Shown: positions 56,915 through 64,000 of the stretch, piece by piece
How the letters are laid out: every line of letters begins with the position of its first letter
Numbering within the stretch: the stretch's first letter is position 1
DNA from: Eledone cirrhosa
Lineage: Eukaryota
Reading direction: 5' to 3'
NCBI GenBank assembly: GCA_964016885.1
Contig: OZ024743.1
Span: 249,302,001-249,366,000, forward strand
Length of the DNA: 64,000 bases
Position numbers and translations under genes: made by a program
The notes under the pieces: model-generated
What the model was told of the DNA's origin: nothing
Databases searched by the model: none
The model's input: only the letters and a program-made list of their open reading frames with translations

Positions 56915-57400
56915 GGACAGGTACTTTATTTATCAACTTCAAAAGGATGAAAGGCAAAGTTGACCTCAGTGAGATTTGAATCCAGAGTGTAGAGAACCAA
57001 AATAAACAATGCAAAGCATTGCTAATTTGCAACCAGCAGACTAAGCAATGGCATTATTGGGGTTGGTGTCACCCAGTGTGGTAACTAATGGTGTCACTCA
57101 CCCTCCATTGGTCTCTTCCTGTATCAGGCAACTGTATATGAGGCACATATATCTGAAGCAGTATAGCAGTAACTGAATGCAAGGAACATGAATACATTGG
57201 AGAGAAGCTATAATGTAAATAGATAGTGACTTCTGTTAGTGTCTAACAATTTTGCTAACCCAGTCTCTGAACTGGTACTTTATTTACTGAATCCAAGAGG
57301 ATGAAAGGCAGAGTTGATTTCAACAGGATTTGAACTTAGAGAACAGAAAGACAGAACAAACGCCACAAAGCATTTAATCTTATATTTTAATGACTCTGCC
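56915..57400 (-). mobile_element. Two older, degenerate Nin-type SINE fragments (~56915-57020 and ~57270-57400)
   Basis: ggtacttt...ggatgaaaggca.agttga...gatttgaa motif occurs twice. Confidence 0.6.
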
Positions 57401-57423
57401 AATTTGACACCTTTATTTATTCT

Positions 57424-57752
57424 TGGCTTAGTGGTTAGAGCACTGGGCTTGGAATCGGGAGGTTGTGAGTTCGATTCTCAGACCGGGTGACACGTTGTGT
57501 CCTTGAGCAATACACTTTATTTCATGTTGTTCCAGTTTACTCAACTGTAGAAATGAGTTGTGATGTCACAGGTGCTAAGTTGTATTGGCCATTACTTTTC
57601 CCCTGGAAAAGATTCGGTGCCATGGAGAGGGGAGACTGGTATGCATGAGCGACTGCTGGTCTTCCACAAACAACGTTGCCCAGACTTGTGCCTCGGAGGG
57701 GGACTTTCTAGGTGCAAATCTCATGGTCATTCGTGACCGAGAGGAGTCTTTC
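57424..57752 (+). mobile_element. tRNA-derived SINE with CORE-like domain
   Basis: A-box TGGCTTAGTGG, B-box GAGTTCGATTC, then tgtgtccttgagcaa.acacttt. Related degenerate copies at ~48795-48900 and ~63505-63670. Confidence 0.75.
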
Positions 57753-58008
57753 TACCTGTAATAATTGTATTGTGTGTACACAGTGTGGATGAATGGTTAA
57801 GATGTTTGCTTGACAATCATTAGGTCCCAGGTTTAATCTCACAGCATACATTTACCAGAGCCTCTGGACAATCTAATCCTTGTGAGAGAAATTGGGTAAA
57901 TGGAAACAGTTTAGAATCCCATTAGATGGATTGTACTTGTAATTCTAAGAGCCAACCTTGTCACATACCATGTCACAGTGAATCTCACTGACAATTATAG
58001 TAAGAGTA

Positions 58009-58828
58009 CTAGCAGAATGGCCCGGCGTTACTTGGGATGTGCTCTAGGGTTCTTATATATTTGATATATATTTATCCTTCTCTAGCCTCGTGAAGTAATT
58101 ACATTTGTTTATATTTTGTTATTGTGTATGCAAAAATATCTGTACACAAATATATAACAGTACAGAGAAGTACGGTATACCTCGGCCTCGAGTTGGTGTC
58201 TACATTTTGTGCTTATAAAAAAAATTTGTCGTACATTACCAGACTTTTTTTCCGTTCGAAGAAAATCAATACTTTATCGCAAAATAAATACTTTTGTTTA
58301 TATGTGTATGCAAAAATATCTGTACATGAATATATAATTATATATATATATTATCATGATGATCATGATGATGATATATATATATTAAAATAACAGATTA
58401 AAGTTTAAGCAAAGAATCGCTGCTTTCACCCTTAACAGGATCTTCTGAAACTAAAATAATAAATCTGTGAACGCAAAAGTAAATATTTCGAAAAACGTTA
58501 CACACTATACATATATATACACACACACGCATACCGCGTCATAATGACGTAATGCAGACAGCCAGGCATACAGACAGATATTATAAAGGCGCGACGTTAT
58601 ATCTATGTATCTATCCAAAAAGAGAAAGACTAAGAATTATAGAGAGAGATCGCTAAATCACCTAATCTGGTCCCTAGGGCATTTAAAATTTGAAATTTCT
58701 TTTGCTCAAAACACCCACAGGACCATACATATTACATGTGTAAAGTTTGAAAAAACTTGGTTGGGTGGTTCTCGAGTTTTAGTGATTGGACAGACAGACA
58801 GACAAATTCTCTGTTTTAGTAATATAGA
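58009..58828 (-). mobile_element. Non-autonomous Helitron-like element nested in a SINE
   Basis: Minus strand starts TC(TATATTACT...) with (CTGT)n near the 5' end and ends CCCAAGTAACGCCGGG..CTGCTAG. It sits between A and T with no TSD. The flanks rejoin as ...gtaagagta|tatgtgcctatag..., matching the uninterrupted SINE sequence at ~63638-63665. Confidence 0.8.
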
Positions 58829-59019
58829 TATGTGCCTATAGAATGCTCAGCCCCTTACATGTTAATTTCTTGAGTAGGCTGTTCCATTGACTGAACAACC
58901 GGAAGAATCATCATTGAAACTGACAGAGGTCTATTCTATTATATCATTTGATGCTAACTCAAGAATTAGATATAAAGAAAAACAAATAAATAAAAATAAA
59001 AAAATAAAATGTATCTTAC

Positions 59020-59198
59020 TTCATAAGCTGCTTTGTTTCCTGAAAGTAGGAAGGTTTCCACCATGGCATAACGAACTGCTACATCAAACTCTAAATAGGC
59101 TACATCTCGCCGGGCTATTAGAAGTTCCGCAACAAGGACTGGATCCGTGGGGCTCGACAATGAATGTATTTGGATTATGATTTCTTTTAACTCAGTTT
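59020..59198 (-). CDS. CCDC162: Exon 3, CCDC162-like (TELKEIIIQIHSLSSPTDPVLVAELLIARRDVAYLEFDVAVRYAMVETFLLSGNKAAYE)
   Basis: Donor GTAAGA, acceptor ttgatttgtaAG (weaker AAG type). 179 nt, phase 1 in and phase 0 out. Same frame as ORF 58966..59160. Confidence 0.8.
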
Positions 59199-59265
59199 CT
59201 TACAAATCAACAAAACAGAAACAAAGAAAATGAACAAAGGAAATAGAATTTTAATTATCATAATC

Positions 59266-59300
<35 letters not shown>

Positions 59301-59574
59301 TTAACAGCCATTTTCACAGCCCAAAAAGTTTAGACGGGTTGTAACAGACCAGGTCAGTACTAAGCCAGAGCCATTGATCTCTCCGACAGGCTGGTGGGGG
59401 GTGGGGGTGGGGGGTACATATCACATACATTCCCATACTTTAGAAAGTATATTGGGTGCATTTTATTATGGCATCAGCACTATGGATAATAACAACAACA
59501 AAGGAAAAAAAGGAAAGGAGCTGATTGTCAAATATGGATCAAACAATCAATGTTTACATTGGTCTTTCCATTGC

Positions 59575-60658
59575 TGATACTATCCCACCAGCCCAGTATT
59601 CTAATCCAGACAATGTTTGACTGTATCTCACTAATCTGGTATTTCAGTCCCAACAGTGTTTCACTATATCCCTCTAACTTAATATTCCAGTACTGACAAT
59701 GTTTAAGTATATCTCACTAGGCCAATATTCCAGTACCAACCATATTTGACTATATCTCACCAGCTTGGTATTCTGATACCAACAATGTTTGTCTATATCT
59801 CACCAGCTCAGTATTCCATTCCCAACTATGTTTGACTATATCCCACCAGCTTAATGTTCCTGTACTGACAATATCTCATCAGGGTAATATTCCAGTTCTG
59901 AAAATGTTTGACTATATCCCACCATTCTGGTATTCCAGTTCTGAAAATGTTTGACTATATCCCACCATTCTGGTATTCCAGTTCTGAAAATGTTTGACTA
60001 TATCCCACCATCCTGGTATTCCAGTTCTGAAAATGTTTGACTATATCCCACCATCCTGGTATTCCAGTTCTGAAAATGTTTGACTATATCCCACCATTCT
60101 GGTATTCCAGTTCTGAAAATGTTTGACTATATCCCACCATCCTGGTATTCCAGTTCTGAAAATGTTTGACTATATCCCACCATTCTGGTATTCCAGTTCT
60201 GAAAATGTTTGACTATATCCCACCATCCTGGTATTCCAGTTCTGAAAATGTTTGACTATATCCCACCATCCTGGTATTCCAGTTCTGAAAATGTTTGACT
60301 ATATCCCACCATCCTGGTATTCCAGTTCTGAAAATGTTTGACTATATCCCACCATCCTGGTATTCCAGTTCTGAAAATGTTTGACTATATCCCACCATCC
60401 TGGTATTCCAGTTCTGAAAATGTTTGACTATATCCCACCATTCTGGTATTCCAGTTCTGAAAATGTTTGACTATATCCCACCATCCTGGTATTCCAGTTC
60501 TGAAAATGTTTGACTATATCCCACCATCCTAGTATTCCAGTTCTGAAAATGTTTGACTATATCCCACCATTCTGGTATTCCAGTTCTGAAAATGTTTGAC
60601 TATATCCCACCATTCTGGTATTCCAGTTCTGAAAATGTTTGACTATATCCCACCATCC
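59575..60658. repeat. 43-bp minisatellite: ~7 diverged copies, then ~18 near-identical copies
   Basis: Unit TTCCAGTTCTGAAAATGTTTGACTATATCCCACCAT(T/C)CTGGTA; period 43 (59891 to 59934). Confidence 0.97.
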
Positions 60659-60682
60659 CCGATAATGTTTGATTATATTCCT

Positions 60683-60862
60683 CAGTATCGGTAGAGGGTC
60701 GGACGCCATGCTTTGCAGCAAAGAGTTACAGCCCTTTATGGTCTGAGTTCAAATCCCGCCAAGGTTAACTTTGCCTTTCATCCTTACGGGGTCTATAAAA
60801 TAAAGTACCAGTAATGTACTGGGTAATTGCTGGCCTTGTGCCAAAAGTAGAAACAATTATAT
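60683..60862 (+). mobile_element. Fourth copy of the same SINE, opposite orientation
   Basis: ggtagagggtcggacgcc...ctgagttcaaatcccgcc...gcctttcatccttacgggg...gtaccag; reverse complement of the 47.85-48.03 kb copy. Confidence 0.8.
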
Positions 60863-61351
60863 TCCTCTGCCTGATTTTCTGATCTTGACTAAAATCTGCT
60901 AGCCTGGTATTCTATTCTGCCACATATTTCTGTTTACTATTGCCATTTACATCACTTTCTTATGGCTTAGCAGTCATTATATATTATTGCTTTAGTCTGG
61001 GTTCATTGGGAAAACATTGCTGTGATTTTTGTTAAGTTTAAACATTTTTAATCATTTTTTAGTGATTTTTGCATGAACATCCAACATTGGGGACTGTACA
61101 CATGGCAGGGGATCAGGGTTCAAGAATTAAAAATACATAAGGAAATAGAAATAGTGAGATGGAAAGGACAGAGTAAAACTCAGAGAACTCAAGAGATGAA
61201 CTAAAAGTTTGAGGAAAATCATCATCATTTTACAATCATTTTCCATGCTGGCATATATTGGACAGGTTGACATGGTCTGATAACTGCATCTTAATCATAC
61301 ATTCCATATTAAGACATGGTTTATATGGTTGGATGTTCTCTTTAATGGCAA

Positions 61352-61997
61352 TCACTTTACAAAGTGTACTGAGTGCATTCTCTCATGGCACCAGCACTAC
61401 CACTTTACAGATTATACAAGATGCATTGTATCATAGCACCAGCATTTTCATTTTAAAGAGTGTACTGGGTGCATTGTTTCATCACACCAGTACTACCACT
61501 TTACAGAGTGTACTGGGTGCATTGTATCATCACACCAGTACTACCACTTTACAGAGTGTAGTGGGTGTATTGTATTATCACACCATTACTACCACTTTAC
61601 AGAGTGTAGTGGGTGCATTGTATTATCACACCATTACTACCACTTTACAAAGTGTATTGGGTGCATTGTATCATCACACAATTACTACCACTTTACAGAG
61701 TGTAGTGGGTGCATTGTATTATCACACCATTACTACCACTTTACAAAGTGTACTGGGTGCATTGTATCATCACACCAGTACTACCACTTTACAGAGTGTC
61801 CTGGGTGCATTGTATCATCACACCAGTACTACCACTTTACAGAGTGTACTGGGTGTATTGTATCATCACACCAGTACTACCACTTTACAGAGTGTCCTGG
61901 GTGCATTGTATCATCACACCAGTACTACCACTTTACAGAGTGTACTGGGTGTATTGTATCATCACACCAGTACTACCACTTTACAGAGTGTCCTGTG
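61352..61997. repeat. 48-bp minisatellite, ~13 copies
   Basis: Unit CACTTTACAGAGTGTACTGGGTGCATTGTATCATCACACCAGTACTAC. It gives the 16-aa repeat in ORF 61258..62004. Confidence 0.97.
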
Positions 61998-62088
61998 TAA
62001 TTAGAAATAAAAAAAGACAAAGAGAAGTAAAAATTAAAAGAAAACAGATATATGAAGAGATCAATAGAAAGAAGTTATCAGTGTTTAC

Positions 62089-62375
62089 TTATTCCTTCTA
62101 ATCCACCCCAGGCTGCTGAAGTATCTGAAAATTGTGGTGCAAATAGCAGTGTTTTCTTGTTTCCAAGACGGTAGTTTCCAATTAGATAGAGAAGAATATC
62201 ATGCAAAGCTGAGGTAATCTGTAGGAGCAAATTCAAGGAATTTATGCAGCCTTCATCAGGTAATTTACTGAACATTGTTAGCACTTCGATGCAGTGAGGT
62301 ATATACCATATGTTGATCACCTTTCCATCTTCAGACATGACAATCTCTTCAGTTTCTATTTCAATTTCCATGTCA
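62089..62375 (-). CDS. CCDC162: Exon 2, CCDC162-like (DMEIEIE...SEDGKVINIWYIPHCIEVLTMF...SALHDILLYL...AAWGGLEGI)
   Basis: Acceptor ttctgtcttgcAG, donor GTAAAC. 287 nt, phase 2 in and phase 1 out. The N.W.IPH..EVL.MF, ALHDI and WGG.EGI motifs are recalled from CCDC162. Confidence 0.85.
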
Positions 62376-62529
62376 CTGCAAGACAGAAATTAGAAATCAC
62401 CACCACCACCATCATCATCATCATTGTCATTTTACATTTTTTACATCTATTATTCATGCTGGCATGAGTTGGGTGGGTTGTCAAGGTCAAAGACTAGACA
62501 TGTTGGAAAACATATGTTATAATACACAG

Positions 62530-62905
62530 CTTCTTCTTCTATTCCTGAGAGGGTCGTAGGGGCATAGTCCTCAAATATTCCTTCCAGTGGATTCTGTCAG
62601 AAGAAACCATCTCCAACTGATCCGGCTGGATCTCTAAGCGAGACCATGGATGTTATCCAACCATCTTGCTCGGGATCTACCCCTGGGTCTCCTGCCAGTT
62701 GGTTTTGCCCGTAAAATCTGTCCAGCAATTCTTCTCTGAGACATTCTAACCACATACCCATAGTATTGGAACTGTGGTTGCTCAATTCGGAGAAGTAGTG
62801 GCTCTACCTGGAGTGACTCTGATCTCCTTGCTATGAGTACCATTACTCCAAAGACCCTACAGAGGAACCCCATTTCAACTGCTTGTATTTGCGATTGTAT
62901 TCTTT
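62530..62905 (-). mobile_element. 3' fragment of an RTE-clade LINE
   Basis: The translation (MGFLCRVFG...YYGYVVRM...GRRPRGRSRARWLDNI) matches the conserved RTE ORF C-terminus. Degenerate (GAA)n tail near 62530. Confidence 0.8.
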
Positions 62906-62914
62906 CTTATGCTT

Positions 62915-63047
62915 TCATCATCATCATTGGCCATCTTTCCATCCATTTTGCCAATCTGCAGTGTATTTTTTTACCCCTTTTTTTTTCTTGGGTAAAATAC
63001 ATTGCAGCATGGCAAAATGGATGGAAAATGGCCATTGATGATGATGA
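62915..63047. repeat. Foldback palindrome / MITE-like remnant with (CAT)n/(ATG)n ends
   Basis: ~60-nt arms tcatcatcatcattggccatc..ccatccattttgcca..tgcagtgtattt..accc and gggtaaaatacattgcagcatggcaaaatggatggaaaatggccattgatgatgatga, with a ~14-nt pyrimidine loop. Confidence 0.85.
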
Positions 63048-63127
63048 TCGTGATGATGATGACGATGACAATTAGAAATCAAATAAAATGCAAGTTGAAA
63101 GCATAAGAGAGACATAATTAGAATTAC

Positions 63128-63202
63128 CTTAATTGCTTTTCCATTTTTGCCTTGCTTTTTGAATTACTAACTTCAGAACGACTTATAGTGAAAAAAGCAT
63201 CC
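63128..63202 (-). CDS. CCDC162: Exon 1 of the visible exons, CCDC162-like (DAFFTISRSEVSNSKSKAKMEKQLS); gene continues beyond the window
   Basis: Acceptor atttatttttacAG, donor GTAATT. 75 nt, phase 2/2, in frame with the next exon. Confidence 0.75.
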
Positions 63203-63936
63203 CTGTAAAAATAAATATAATCTTTTTAGATAGAAGTTTCCAAGCAGATCAGTGATACATTTCAGCTTTTCAGTTACAATGTATACTCATGTATTAGTCA
63301 AGCCTTCATCATTATCATTATATTTTTTCCATCCATTTTCCATGCTTGTATAGATTGAAATGGGTGGGTCTTTTTCAGCACAGCTTTCTTCCACTAGTAT
63401 TCCTTCATCATTGCCTTTGAGGTTCAGTGTTTTGAGATCTGCTCTCCCTACTTCTGCTCAGGTTTTCCTTGGTCTTCCTTGATGTAAAAACCAGTGAAGT
63501 TGAATGGCTTTGTGGTTAGGGTGTTTGGCTCACAATCATAAGGTCATGAGTTCTCTTTATTTCACATTGCTCAAGTTCACTCAGTTGGAAAATATGAATT
63601 GTACCTGCATTTCAAAGTGCCACACTGAATCTCCAATGTTAAGGGTACATATGTCTGTAGAATTCTCACACAGAAATACACACACACACACATACATACA
63701 TACATGATAACTGCCACTTCTTTACAGAAGAGGGCCATCTCTCCAACATTGTGCTGAATAGCCATAAGCCCACAAATGACTTGCTCTTATGTACTCTCAT
63801 GTGCTACTTGAGACCAGCAACAGTTCTACAAAGTCTGTCACAAAACTGACACAGGCCTTTCAGGGAGGACATCAATATATTCGGCCTCAGTCTGCTGATT
63901 GCTGTGAGCAATTAAATGACTAGCAAGCCCAGCATG

Positions 63937-63939
<3 letters not shown>

Positions 63940-63976
<37 letters not shown>
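63940..63976. repeat. (CA)n microsatellite
   Basis: Direct inspection. Confidence 0.95.
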
Positions 63977-63977
<1 letters not shown>

Positions 63978-64000
63978 CATACATACAATACTGACAAATT

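Noticed and set aside
57424-57500. tRNA gene
   Set aside because: A and B boxes are present, but the sequence continues into a SINE body and no full cloverleaf acceptor stem is evident.
61258-62101. 248-aa and 130-aa repeat-protein ORFs as real genes
   Set aside because: They are a by-product of a 48-bp (multiple of 3) minisatellite, start at non-ATG codons, and are intronic and antisense to the host gene.

Overview
Eukaryotic, AT-rich genomic DNA. The SINE families suggest a coleoid cephalopod, probably Octopus (recognised from memory, not searched). Bases 1 to ~45,940 are one uninterrupted tandem satellite with a 26-bp unit (TAACTACATAG[A/G]CAACAGTAA[T/A][G/A]TGT, about 1,770 copies), carrying kb-scale internal block duplications. 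The last 18 kb hold seven phase-compatible GT-AG exons of a minus-strand gene resembling CCDC162. The last visible exon ends at an open phase-2 donor ~460 bp from the array, so the >46-kb satellite appears to be intronic. The other introns contain a 5'-truncated Penelope-like retroelement (RT + C-terminal GIY-YIG) bracketed by near-identical ~1.19-kb inverted arms and inserted in (TA)n, two non-autonomous Helitron-like elements (one nested in a SINE), several tRNA-derived SINEs, an RTE LINE 3' fragment, 43-bp and 48-bp minisatellites, a foldback hairpin and microsatellites. Most listed ORFs are repeat noise.
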